A stretch of 60,969 nucleotides of DNA, counting the filler, from Sphacelaria rigidula (taxonomy: Eukaryota), in NCBI GenBank assembly GCA_964200075.2. It is 9 parts of 9 records of this genome, joined end to end, with 100 filler letters (N's around TTAATTAATTAA, not from the genome) between each part and the next. Parts side by side here need not be neighbours in the genome. Positions count along the whole stretch, not along the records: positions 33,930 to 40,614 come from CAXNAA020018638.1; positions 40,715 to 47,399 come from CAXNAA020018639.1; positions 47,500 to 54,184 come from CAXNAA020018640.1; 6 more parts are not named here. One strand, 5' to 3'. Of this stretch, positions 38,182 to 49,595 are shown one piece after another (position 1 is the stretch's first letter; every line of letters begins with the position of its first letter). The notes beneath the pieces were generated by a model that saw nothing but the letters and a program-made list of their open reading frames with translations, was not told where the DNA came from and searched no databases. Position numbers and translations under genes: made by a program.

Positions 38182-39520
38182 TTGGAAGCGGATGCAGAAG
38201 CCTTTTGAAAATGATGGCATGAAACCTATGCATGACTCAAATACCCCTTTGATATTGTCATGTTTTGAGTGTTCGTGGCCATCATGCAGATAGCGATTCA
38301 TGTACCCAAGGAAAGGTTGTTGCCCAGGTGGATCGAGATGTTGGATATCTCTGGACAATGCTGAGACAATATTTTTTATATGCAGACCGAAACTCAGTGT
38401 TGATGTTTGACGAATATTTCTGTCTAGATGAGTGCAGACTTGCTTTGCGCGCTTGTTTGACTCGATTGATGAGTAGAAGATCGTCTCCCGTTTTTGTGAG
38501 TGTGAGAAGAGCGGGGCACCGCGTCTTAACTTGACTGTGGAACGGTGTCGGTGAAAATGCACAGAATAGAGGTGCGTGAAGAGTGTTGAGGACATGTTTT
38601 GACATGGATGCCGAAACTCAACGCTCATGTGTAACATTGTTGCCACCCCGATGAGCTCAGGACTGTGGGGCACCACACCCTTACTCGATCGGCTGAGGTG
38701 GAACCTGGTTCGTCGCCTTGGTGAGTACAGGCACGTGGGGCACCATGGTCTGGCTAGACGAGAGGGTGATGTCGGTAAAACTTTCCGCAGAGGGATATGC
38801 GGATGAACGATTGTTGAGACCACAAAAATTGAGGTGGATCCCGAACCTCGACATCTTAGTGAAAAAGTTGTTATCATTCCGAGAGGTGCAGGATTCGCGA
38901 GGCATCGGTTTCTTGACTGGATTGGTTGATAAGACTTCGTTGTTATGGTGGGAGCAAGGACTGATTAGCGCAATACTAGCCGCTTCACCTGGTCATGCTA
39001 ATTTCGGAAGAGTGGCTGTGGGCACAAAATGAAATTCCTGTGCTACAGGTCAGCAAAACGCATGTGACCCACATTTGATGGCTGATAGATAGAGTTGATG
39101 TCATGTGCGAGATGCGGTGCATGTGCACAGCATGCTAAAAGAAAAGCGCATTGTATCACCCATATGGGAGCTGGTCGTTGCTCGGTTTGCTGGCCAGGCG
39201 AATTCCATACAGGTTTACACATGTTGGCACGGCATGTAAAAGGCAAAGTGTACTGTTTCATGCAACCAGGATGCTAGCGGCCGACCTGCCGTTTGATCCA
39301 TGTGTAGCATGTGAACGAGAAGTGAAGAGTTGAAATAATTGTGCTGGATTCGGGTATGATATGTGGGTGCACGTTCGTGATTGCCGTAACGCGACACCAC
39401 GGTACGGTACGTGTTGAAAGTATGTTCGTCGTTTGGTGATTGACGCGCCTGAGTAACATGGATATTAATACGTTTCCTTCTTTCAACGGCTATGGGACCA
39501 GCCAAGAACAAAATACATCG
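38182..39520 (+). pseudogene. Heavily decayed pol-like region downstream of the Copia gag
   Basis: Only ghost motifs remain: ADSDSCTQ (protease-like position), GHANFGR and CGACAQHAK (pre-integrase/zinc-finger-like). No long ORF. Confidence 0.4.
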
Positions 39521-39989
39521 GTATTCTTCTTTTCACACCAAGCCAAAAAAAACAGGGATACATGAGCTGTGTGTTCACCACTCACTCTGTAGCTCCTGAT
39601 GGTCAATCCACGCAAAACGCAAGTCAAATTCTGCAACTGTACTAGCCCATGCTCATACAATAGCGTGAGTGGTCGTACTTAGCATTCGAGTAACCTACAC
39701 TACGCATGCGAGACCAAGCTCCTAGATAATATATGAACCCACACAACACAGTACAGTGGACAACTTTCGAAACTCGGATCACATGTTACAAAATCCACTT
39801 CACAGTCAATCAGTTGCCTACAGTAAAATAATCAAATTTCAAAATTGAAGTTCAGCAATCCATACTACAGTAGTGCCTACGTCGTCAAACGAAACTAGAT
39901 ACTCACTACATCTACTTTACACCTTATGCCCCCTCGGCGACCGGCGGAGTAAAGCAGCTCAACGCCTCCAGACAAAACACATGACCAGC

Positions 39990-40480
39990 GACACTTTCTA
40001 CGATAGCCCCCCCGTAAACCAGCAAAAAGCGTGACGAAAAAATGGCCAAATAGCGCCTGATATTCGGGTTCAGGCTGCATGAAGCGCCTCATATTGGCGA
40101 TATTGGTCATAATCAACCCAAGCGTGGGAATTCCCAGAGTGATGCTGCGATAGGGTCTGCACTTTTGGGGCCAAAACCGGCCTGATTCAGGGGTTCCTAA
40201 AATTAGAAGCGACATAAGGATATGGGTCAGGATATCCCCGTTTGCAAATTCATTCGGGATATCCCTAGAAAATTGGAAGGAAAACCCTGGCGTACTCTCA
40301 CCTATTTCGAAAGTCGTGTTTTGGATGAGATAAAGGGTTCCTAACAATTCTACTCTCAAGCCGTAAAAGTGCTGACCCTATCGCAGCATCACTCCCCAGC
40401 TTCTTGCGCTCGGCTTTTCCCATTTCGATTTACGTGAAGATTTTTCCTCCCAAAGAGTCATCCTACGATAGGGGGGGGGG
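39990..40480 (+). mobile_element. GACACTTTCTACGATAG-family MITE interrupted by a GAG-TIR MITE
   Basis: Starts GACACTTTCTACGATAGCCCCCCC. Homology to 47127-47355 resumes after 40398. Confidence 0.85.
40137..40394. mobile_element. 258-bp MITE with 30-bp TIRs (1 mismatch) and 4-bp TSD CCCA (subfamily B)
   Basis: CCCA|GAGTGATGCTGCGATAGGGTCTGCACTTTT...AAAAGTGCTGACCCTATCGCAGCATCACTC|CCCA. Confidence 0.95.
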
Positions 40481-40521
40481 TATTTTGGGGCATTTGTTGC
40501 TCGAAATTTCGAGTCAGATCG

Positions 40522-40614
40522 GAGAGATGCTACGGTAGGGGTGCAGAAATATTTTCTGAGGTTAGAGTTGTTAGGAGCCCTTCATCTCATGCAAAATGCG
40601 ACCTATGAAAATAT
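40522..40614 (-). mobile_element. Partial subfamily B MITE cut by the contig end
   Basis: GAGAGATGCTACGGTAGGGGTGCAG terminus. Interior matches the reverse complement of 40300-40394. Confidence 0.75.
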
Positions 40615-41528
40615 NNNNNNNNNNNNNNNNNNNNNNNNNNNNNNNNNNNNNNNNNNNNTTAATTAATTAANNNNNNNNNNNNNNNNNNNNNNNNNNNNNN
40701 NNNNNNNNNNNNNNTTTGGGTACAGAGTAACATGTTCTTACTAGCTGTGCAAACGGAAGCCAGTAGAGTAGAGCAACGAAAGCTCCAGATTGCAGCTGAC
40801 GCACCCCTCTGCACCACGCTAGCAACAGTTGGGTTACCACCATAGGTATCGTTTCTCACTCCGCATGTCAAGAAGATCTCTACAAGTTTTTGATCTCTCT
40901 CACACACACACCCCAACTGGCCTGTGGCAAGCTCTTGTGCTCATGTCGGGGAAAATCAACGACGAATATCACCCCCCAAGTTCAAACTGGATCATCTCTT
41001 ACTTTTGCCGCGCAGCGCACCGCCCTTGCTGGCATGTGTGTGACACAGAACAGTAGTAGCGGTGACGGGAACATTGCCTAGTTTCTCAGCGCACAGAAGC
41101 GCGTCCTGTCCGAAAAGAGAGGCAGAGGAAAATCGATCTTCGCATTGGTGACCTCCACAGACACAGAGACGAAGTCTCTCCTCAACTCGATGTGCTTTGG
41201 GGATACCTACAGGCACATGAGAAATTCGGAACGTGCTGGTAACATGCATGATGCCAGTCTCTTTGGTAATCGCCCAGCGAGGGCACACAAAGGGCACGGG
41301 CGACGAGCTTCCTCTCTGCCGTTGCTTCTCTCTCTGGTGATATCGTCATCGACACGCGTGTGCACCGCAGTCATTCGGTGTATTTAGCCACAACTGATGA
41401 TTCACAGTTGCGGAGGTTCTGAGGGGAAAGATGGTTTCGCTCTGTGTTACTGTTACGCGTCGTCCCTGCGAAAAAAATATGCCACTTGAACCTTATTTTT
41501 GAGATGAGCCTCATTTTTCAGGATCCGC

Positions 41529-41782
41529 TGTTAATGGTACGATAGGACTTGCACTTTTCGTTTCTGGGTCTCTTTTTTGCAGGGGCCCAGATCTATGGGG
41601 CTTACTGTGCAACCCAAATGTCCGGGGGCCGGACATGGAGATGTACGCAGGAGCTTCTTCGTGAATCGGCATCATTTTCGGTCTTTTTCAAGTAATGCCG
41701 GCGCAAATGCTCAAACCGATCCGTCCAACACCCCGAGAAACATGTTCGCTGAAAACGGGCAACCCCTACCGTAGCATCACTC
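41529..41782. mobile_element. Subfamily A MITE (copy of 2549-2825)
   Basis: Shared GGCTTACTGTGCAACCCA, GTGAATCG.CATCATTTTC, CCGTCCAACAC and the right TIR CCTACCGTAGCATCACTC. Confidence 0.85.
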
Positions 41783-42067
41783 TTCAACCCTTGCTATATA
41801 TCGCTTACCCTACTATTCGTTCTTAGGGGCATTAAAAGTTCGCTATGAGGAAGTCCATCGTTCTCTCCTCTCCTGGTACTTTTATCCATACTCCCTGGTC
41901 GAATATCGTGTCTTGGATCACTTTCATACTGTCGCACAGGTATTCCTTGACCAAGAATCCTCCCCCCCCCGCTCCTCTGCTCTTCTTGGGGTTGTGCCTC
42001 TCCCGCCTCTTCCCTATCCATGCGTACTCTTCGATTTCGCATTATATTCCCGCATGCTCTTCCTCAT

Positions 42068-42324
42068 GAGCAATGCTACGATAGGAGTGCACGTTTTGCG
42101 CGATTTCTTGTCTGGCTCAGGGGCTCCCAAATATTCTAGATGCACAAGAAAATGGGTCAGGCCACCTCCGTTTGCAAGTTCATTTGGGATGCCCCCTGGC
42201 ACATTGAAATAGTAATCCTGGCATACTCTCATATATTTCATAAATCGTGTTTCGGATGAGATAAAGAGCTCCCAACAATTCTTACTTCAAGAACAAATTC
42301 TGCAACCCCACCGTAACATCCCTC
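42068..42324. mobile_element. Subfamily B MITE (copy of 40137-40394)
   Basis: GAGCAATGCTACGATAGG...CCACCGTAACATCCCTC, with shared ATGGGTCAGG, CCGTTTGCAA and GGATGAGATAAAG. Confidence 0.85.
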
Positions 42325-43359
42325 TCCCCTGACTCCTTGATTCCCACTATATCTAGGTCGCATTCATTCATTTGTTCGGCCATCTCTGTTTTTTTGCGCC
42401 CGTCTGATGCGACTCTACATACGTTCCCTCCGACCCTATTGTCAACTTCCTTTCAGACTCCTCGTCTCCTCTCCGTCTCTCTACTCTTCTCCCTCCGTTG
42501 TTTTCATTTCCATTTTCGTTCGCTCGATATTTTTTCCCGCTCCCGGTTTTGCCGTGTCCATTGATTCGGGCCGCAACGCTCCTTCCCCTTCCCCTTCCCC
42601 TTCCGGGCACTTACTTGGTCTTGCCTGTCTTTCCTCCGTTCACCCGCGGACTACGTCTGAGGTTTGTTGGTCCACTAGCTATGCATAGTCTACATCCTGC
42701 CTTTCTAACCCATACCGACACTTTGCTTGTCTGTGTCCTTTCCCAATTCTTGCTTGCGCTCTGTTTTGGCGTATCTCGGGAGTGTTCTCCCCGCAATTCT
42801 ATTTTTCCTAGTGTCAAACAGTATGGCCCAACTCCATGGCGTATCCATTTATGAACTCTACTCTCGTCATATCGCTACGGACCCCGAATACCCGCACTAC
42901 TAGTTGTTTTCCGGTCCACGCTTCACTCCTCCATCCGCCCTTCCTCACCGCCTCTCTCTCGATCTCTTGTGAGAGTGTCTCCAGCTTAATCATTTCAAGG
43001 GTTGTGGTGCGATGTAATCAACGTACTGGGACACCCCAATCCTCGTACTTGTTGGGGTCTGGTGCCTTTCACATCATCCTTTGCTGGCTCACCGACACGA
43101 AATAGTGCCCCAAACACGGGCTCGTAGCCTGAAGCCAACTTCAACACCTTTGACATTACCCCTCGTCTGTGCCAGGCAATCTTCATGGTAAACCATCCAG
43201 GCGTCCCACGATCATATCTTCTATCTTCTTGCCCCGCTACTGTACTGGTGACCTTCCTCCACGAAGGTTATTTTCACCGTGTAGGGTTCAAGGACGGCTT
43301 GCACAGTACAAGATCTTACTCACACATCGGCATTTCTCGTTCATCTCTTCGTGCAAAAG

Positions 43360-44160
43360 AGACGGTTAGCTTCGGTATTCCATACCCATGTCCGTTAGAG
43401 AAACTAAATTGCTGGCTTCTTTATTTCAGGTCTGTGTCCGCGCTGTGTTGTGGACGGTTGCAAAAAGGAGGACGATTAGTTCCTTCATTCTATCCCCATG
43501 CCTGGGCTGTGCTATGGAAAGGTGAAGAAAAATGTTGTCAGCTTTATTAGCACATGTTTATGTCTGGGCTGTGTTATGGCAGGTTAGAGAAAAATGATGG
43601 TAATCTTCGTTATTTCATGTCTAACTCCGGGCTGTGTTGTGATAGGTAAGAGAAAAAGGATGGTTATAACTTCTTCATTCCGTGTCTGTGTCCGGGCTGT
43701 GTCATGCCAGGGTCGATAAAACGGATGGTCGGCTTCGTTATTTCATGTCCATGTCCGGGCTATGTAATTGTAGGCTGCGGGAGAAGGATGGCTAGCTCCG
43801 TTATTTCATGTCTGTGTCCGGGCTGTGTAAGGGTAGGCTGCGGGGAAAAGATGGCTAGTTTCGTTATTTCATGTCTGTGTCCGTCCGGGCTGTGTTATGG
43901 CAGGTTACAGAAAAAAAGGGTCACTGGCTTCTGTTTTTCATATCTATGTCGGGGTTGTGTTATGCCAGAGTCGAGAAGAGAGGTGGTCAGCTTCGTTGTT
44001 TCATGTCGATGCCCGGCCTGTGTTGTTGTAGGCTGCAAGAAAAGGGTGGTTGACTTCGTTGTTCCATGTCTGTGTCCGGGCTGTGTTATGCCAGGATCCA
44101 GAAAAAAAGAGCTCAGCTGTGTCATTCCATGTCCGTGTCCAGACTGGGTTATGGTAGGTC
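43360..44160. repeat. 63-bp minisatellite (~13 units)
   Basis: The TTTCATGTCTGTGTCCGGGCTGTG motif recurs at 43741, 43804, 43867 and at 43936, 43999, 44062, 44125. Confidence 0.95.
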
Positions 44161-44164
44161 AATC

Positions 44165-45560
44165 CTTAGCCGGCGAACCATCCGCAGGGGGACTGAGTTG
44201 GACTATACGCTACATTCGGGGTTCAGAAGAGCTCTTTTCCCCCTGCACAAAACGCCTTTATCATGAACATGCGAATATTTGGCATGCGCCGGGCAAGGAG
44301 GTTCTGTTCAGGCACCTCGCGCCGCCGCGGCGGATGATGTCGCCACGTCGGCGGCGCGGCATGGCGGGGCGGGTTTGGTGGGCACCGCGAACAGGTTTGG
44401 TGGTGGCACGCCACAACGGGAACACGGGGGCGCAGTTGAACGGGGATTGGCGATGTTCCGTGCCAGCGGCAAGAGCACACGGATCGACGCCGCGAGAGAA
44501 GGCGCTGCGCAGGAAGATGAGGAGGAGGAAGAGGCAGGTTAGGAGGCTGAACATGATCTCGCAAAATCTCGTCAAGACTGTTTTGGGCCGGGGATCAAGA
44601 GCAACGCACGACTTCCATCAAGCACAGGGGTTCAAAACGCACGGCACACCCCTGGCTGTCATCGCGTACATTATCGCTCACGGATTCTGCAAGCGAGAGT
44701 TGATGCGGTACAAGCGGGAGCAGTTCCATGTGAAGTGGAGGCTGGACGAACATCTCATGGCCCTTACATTGAGGGCTCTTACGATTCCTTGGGACAAGTG
44801 CAATTTTCGGCCGACGACGCGGGTTGCGGGGGCTGGCGCACATGTGAGTACCTGTGTGGCTGTGGAAACTCAGCCTGAGCATCTGCCGCTCATGCACGCG
44901 CACCGCCGGCGAGGTGAGCTGGTGGCCGCGGATATCACGACGGGGCCCCTCTGGCCCCGGGACGGCGAGCAATTGGAGCGTTACCTCGCCGTCTTCGACG
45001 ATGCAGCATTCCGTTGGGTGGTGTCAAGGAGCGTAGGTGATGGTGGCCACATCGACACGTGCTTGGAGATCGAACTCAGACAGGTGAGCAGAGTTGTCAA
45101 TTTCTGGGTGTTTTTTGTCTGAACGTGCACGCAAACGTTTCGAAGCTTCTCTCTCTCTCCCTCTCAAACTTCGATCGGGATATTTGTGTCAAAATTTGGC
45201 AAGATGACGCGCTTGTGCATGCGGCGCAGCGTTGCGTCTGGCATGAGAATATTTTGACATTGGAGCTGAGCTTGCATGAACTTGAGCTTGTTTGCACTTG
45301 GGCGCCGCGCCCGGATAATCCAACTGGATTTACTCGTGCCAAGTAGTTCGGGAAGCTCAAATTACCCCCTCTAGGCGGTGCCGATGTAAAAGAGGGAGCC
45401 GCAGGTGTTCAAGTACCTCTCCATGCAACTGGACCCCGCGAAGAGTTGGTCCGACTCGAAGGCCGCCATCGACCGTCTTGCTGATATACGCAACGTAGAT
45501 GAGAGGGGTGCGGCGGCATGCATGGTTGCCAGAGGGCGGGTCGACGTATTCAGCCGGAAT
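44165..45560 (+). pseudogene. GC-rich coding-like remnant of unknown family
   Basis: About 950 nt of non-repetitive open frame (to 45122), with a CAG|GTGAG donor near 45082 and further protein-like segments with stops. I recognise no domain. Confidence 0.3.
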
Positions 45561-46064
45561 CTGGATTTATATATTCAGATTCCGAGTGCAGCGGCTGGGA
45601 GAGAGGGGATCCGGCATCGGAAGCTGGCAAAGACCACGACGATAACTCCGCGTTTTGGTTGAACCTGTGGAAAGAGGTGGAAACATATTTCATGCAAATG
45701 AGTCGCGGAGGTATATATGTAACCCTGGCGATTGTATTTTGCAGAAATAATTTATAACCCGTGCGTTGGGCTGATGGAGACGTTGTGCAGTGCTTGGTTT
45801 GGTGCGCCCTTGGGTGCAAACGTCTGCGGCGGGAAGTCCGCCGACGCCGTCGGGCGAACCGCGGGTTGTACCTGAAGATAAAGACTAGCAGTCATGGAAC
45901 GAATCATAATCACACAAATCCGGAGACAACCACGGTCTTGCAGTGAACCGTGTGGGACACTGTGCAACACGACCACCGCACGCGCATCGGCTCCAGTCGT
46001 GAGGCGGCGTCCATAGCGATCTGCACGGCCGGCAAACCACCACGAATATTTGGTATGATCGACA

Positions 46065-46240
46065 ACAACCGATCATCAAAATTTAGGATAAAGTTTTTCA
46101 TCGAGGATGATGATCCGGATAATGAAAATACGCATGCCCACACCAATTTCTCGATATGTGGCTCAATTTCTTCACGCTGTTGACAACTATTGCACGCCAT
46201 ACAACTTCGGAGCCAGAGAACAGAAATTTGGGGTTCCGGA
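46065..46240 (+). repeat. Single arm of the foldback family at 50410-50852, truncated at the G-tract/LINE
   Basis: AACAACCGATCATCAAAATTTAGGAT..GAGGATGA..CCGGA..CACGCCATACAA aligns with 50410-50570. Confidence 0.75.
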
Positions 46241-46267
46241 GGGGCGGTGGGGGGGGGGGCGGGGGGG

Positions 46268-47125
46268 CGTACTCATTTGTTGCTTGCCTGAGTCGTTTGA
46301 CCATTGACTGCGTCTTCCTTTCGAGACGGAGCACCGTTCCTACTCCTAATAGAGACACCTTCAACATTCCGGCGCTCATCACGATTCTTCCATACATTAT
46401 ACAAGAACCTCTTACATATCTTATCGCCGTCCTGTTTTGCCATCTCTGGCGACCATCTATCTCCTAGTGTGGCCATCGTTTTGTCCCTACTGTCTAATGC
46501 ATCAAACGATTTCATGCTACATTCGTTCACGTCCCGCATTTCCCCCTCTAGCAAGTCCCGTTCCTCCGCGTATAGTTCCCATTCTGCCACTCTATGACTT
46601 CTGCTCTCTATTCCTTTGCCACAGAGGCACCTTTGTCCATCTACTTCCTCCTCCTTACGACGACTGGTATATCTCTTATTTCTTTCTAGCAGGTCCAGGT
46701 TCCCCACCCGAAATCGCAGTTTCATACTTTTCGCAGCGTCCATTGAGCCATGCAAATATGCTTTCATTCCGATCCCCTCTCTCAACCACCCGTATATCTC
46801 TAGGTGTTCTTCCTCGTCTACCTTGCGCCTGAGCGCTCCAATTCTCCTTGTTTCTATCATATCTCCGACGTTTGCCTTGCACCCCGCGTCTTTCCAGACG
46901 GACCGTATTTCGTCTTGGTTTCCTCCTATCTCCTTCCACATGTTCTCGACTTCTGTATCCCACCTTATAGCGCGCCCTTCCGTACTTTTCTTCCATACAG
47001 CCCTATCAACTATAGCTGACAATCTCTTTCTCTGCATGTTCTTTTCGCTGTATTGCCATCGAAATTCCCTCATCTCTCTGTTTGTTTCAAGTCAGTGCAT
47101 TCCCAACTCTGCTCCCAAAACGGTG
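46268..47125 (-). mobile_element. Non-LTR retrotransposon (LINE) 3' part: ORF2 C-terminus, 266 aa at 46273-47073
   Basis: MKLRFRVGNLDL..RCLCGKGIESRSHRVAEW matches the C-terminal CCHC-type motif of LINE ORF2 proteins (last Cys degenerate). Its 3' end is reiterated as truncated copies elsewhere in the window. Confidence 0.85.
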
Positions 47126-47126
47126 G

Positions 47127-47355
47127 CACTTTTTACGATAGCTCCCCCCAAAAAACCAGTCCAAAAGTGTCACGAAAAATACGGCCATACAGCGTCTGAT
47201 GTTTGGGTTCAGGCTGCATGAAGCGCCTCGTATTGGCAACATTGACGAGAACGAGCCCAAGCGTGGGATTCTCAGCTGCTCGTTGTGCTCGGCTTTTCCC
47301 ATTTCGATTTGCGTGAAGATTTTGTCTCCCAGAACCATGCACTTTTGGGGGGGGG
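47127..47355 (+). mobile_element. GACACTTTCTACGATAG-family MITE abutting the LINE 5' breakpoint
   Basis: GCACTTTTTACGATAGCTCCCCCC...TTCAGGCTGCATGAAGCGCCTC...GGCTTTTCCCATTTCGATTTGCGTGAAG. Confidence 0.85.
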
Positions 47356-47563
47356 GGTGTACTCATGATCATGCTTGCCATATTCGTAAGACCATTGACN
47401 NNNNNNNNNNNNNNNNNNNNNNNNNNNNNNNNNNNNNNNNNNNTTAATTAATTAANNNNNNNNNNNNNNNNNNNNNNNNNNNNNNNNNNNNNNNNNNNNC
47501 AATAATGAGCAGTGCGGCGACGCGCAGAGGCATGCGGTGGGTAGGGGGGGGGGACGGGGGGAG

Positions 47564-47633
47564 GCGTACTCATTCGTTGCTTGCCTTAGTCGTTTGACCA
47601 TTGACCACGCATCCCTTCCGAGACGGAGCACCG
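47564..47633 (-). mobile_element. Mini-copy of the LINE 3' end between G-runs
   Basis: Reverse complement is CGGTGCTCCGTCTCGGAAGGGATG...AATGAGTACG followed by a C-rich tract. Confidence 0.85.
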
Positions 47634-47869
47634 CACCCTACGATGTGGGGGGGGGGGATTTTGGGCCACGTTTTGCACAAAATTCCAGTCAAATCGTCGT
47701 TGAAAGCAGCCACGGTTGCTCGAATGAGTCTGTTATAGATAAGTTACGTGCATTCATACTGATCGACATCGTTCCGAACCAAATTCAGGAGCACCGCGAG
47801 CGTGGCAGGTCGATTGACACACTTATGAGCCTCTTTTATCGTGCAATCAAATACACCCTCCCCGTATCG

Positions 47870-49595
47870 TAGGATGACTCGTAAGTCGGGTGCGTATGTG
47901 ACCTTCTCAAGCTTTACTTTTGCTCTTCCAGCCCTGTCGGGGAAAACTACAGTCAGCGACCCATAACACTCAACGTCGATGAGGGTATTATTACCGACCT
48001 TAACTTCGTCCTCAGATGTTTGCACGTCACGGAGAAATGTAGCTGATTCAGTCATACGAAATGTTACTCCACTATCAGCTATCCACCTTTCGATACCATC
48101 ATAACTGCTACTACGCACTGCCACCGCATCCTTCTTACTTTGTTGCATGTCAATCGATAAACACCCTATGATTTCCCCAGAGCCACTATGTGAAACCTGC
48201 GGGACTGGGATGACGTGTGCGGTAAAGTCGAACCATCGATATCGTGGGTCTAAGCAACGGTAGCACTTGTTCCGTATGTCGTCGTACGTCTTGATTGCGT
48301 TTTTCTTGCTGCTATCTATTCTGGTCGTTCTTGTCCGCTACATTATCACCGGAAAAATCCCCACAACCTTTGGCGCCATCTCGGACACTTTCTACGGTAG
48401 CCCCCTACCATGAAAAAGTGCCTGGTTTGGGGAGGCAGAATCCTCACGTAAATCGAAATGGAAAGCCGAGCAGAACGACCAGCTGAGAATCCCCACGCTT
48501 GGGTTCGTTCTCGCAAATGTCACACATATGAGGCGGTTCATGCAGCCCGAACCCAAATATCGGGTACTGTATGACCATTTTTTTCGTGACACTTTTGGGC
48601 TGGTTCTGGGGGTGACTATCGTAGAAAGTGTCCTTGATTGCGATTTCGGCGGGTGCGCTTACTAGCAACGAGAGCTTGCCCTACGTTACGGCCCTTTGTA
48701 CCATTCCTAGACATGAGCGTGTACCTCTGTCTTACACTAATCTATATCTCTGCTCAGGTTATATTGCCTTTGTACGACATAGTACGCTGTTCGCACTCGT
48801 AGTCGCTTGTGAGTACCTCAACTATCTTAAGGTTCACATCCGCTTCAGGCGCATGTACCCCTAGCGATACTAGTACACCCACAATGTTATCCACGAGCGC
48901 GACGAAGTTCATCGGATCTTCCTTCTTCTCCATCTGCAACTCGTGGAAAAGGCGTTTCGACTTCGATTTTTTCAAGGGGGTTTTCGGGAGGAACCAATTA
49001 CATAAAAAGCGCCAACCTGCACTCGGGCCATTTATGTCAAACACCAAACTTAATAATTCATGGTCTGTGATACTCTCTGTCGGACACGTCCAAGCAATAC
49101 GTGCTCGTCTCATGCTTGTCTCACTAAAACCTTGGTCAACAAAAAACTGTGAGCTAACTGAGGGGTTACCTACGGACATGTCAATAGCTGTAGTAAAAGT
49201 ATGCATGCAATCGTTAGATAAGGCAAAACCCTCGAAGCGTCTTTTCGGTAGAGGAAATCAACACCATTACCTAGCTTGGGGACAGCAGTTTTGATGCTAC
49301 TTATTCCCCCAGGACTTATTGCGAAAGTGCCACTTCCTGCAATCCCAACCTCAACGAGAGCTGGCAGCAGGCTATCGGTGATGTCTCCACCTCTACGACC
49401 GGAAGCAGACATTGCATGCTCCACGCCCGTAGCATCATTGAGATACGATGGTTGATTTCCACTGACGGACCTCTCTATTCGCCCGCCTCTGCTTTCCTGG
49501 GCGGCCTCGACGCGTGGCAGCCTTTCTACGGGAGTCCTTTTCTGCGCCTCGAGCAGCACCCTCAATTCTTCCACCGCATTGTCTTGATCCGCCAT
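47870..49595 (-). mobile_element. gag-pol: Decayed Ty1/Copia gag-protease
   Basis: Gag GPSAGWRFLCNWF..EDPMNFVALVDNIV..LTSDYE, knuckle remnant KCYRCLDPRYRWFD, protease WIADSGVTFRMT..VKVGNN..GSLTV..LEKVTYAPDL. Frameshifts and stops present. Confidence 0.9.
48384..48632. mobile_element. Complete ~250-bp MITE inserted in the Copia gag
   Basis: GACACTTTCTACGGTAG ... CTATCGTAGAAAGTGTC. Confidence 0.92.

Noticed and set aside
43704..45122. 472-aa ORF as a real single-exon gene or metallothionein-like protein
   Set aside because: The N-terminal third is a minisatellite whose earlier units contain stops. Only the unique part is retained, at low confidence.
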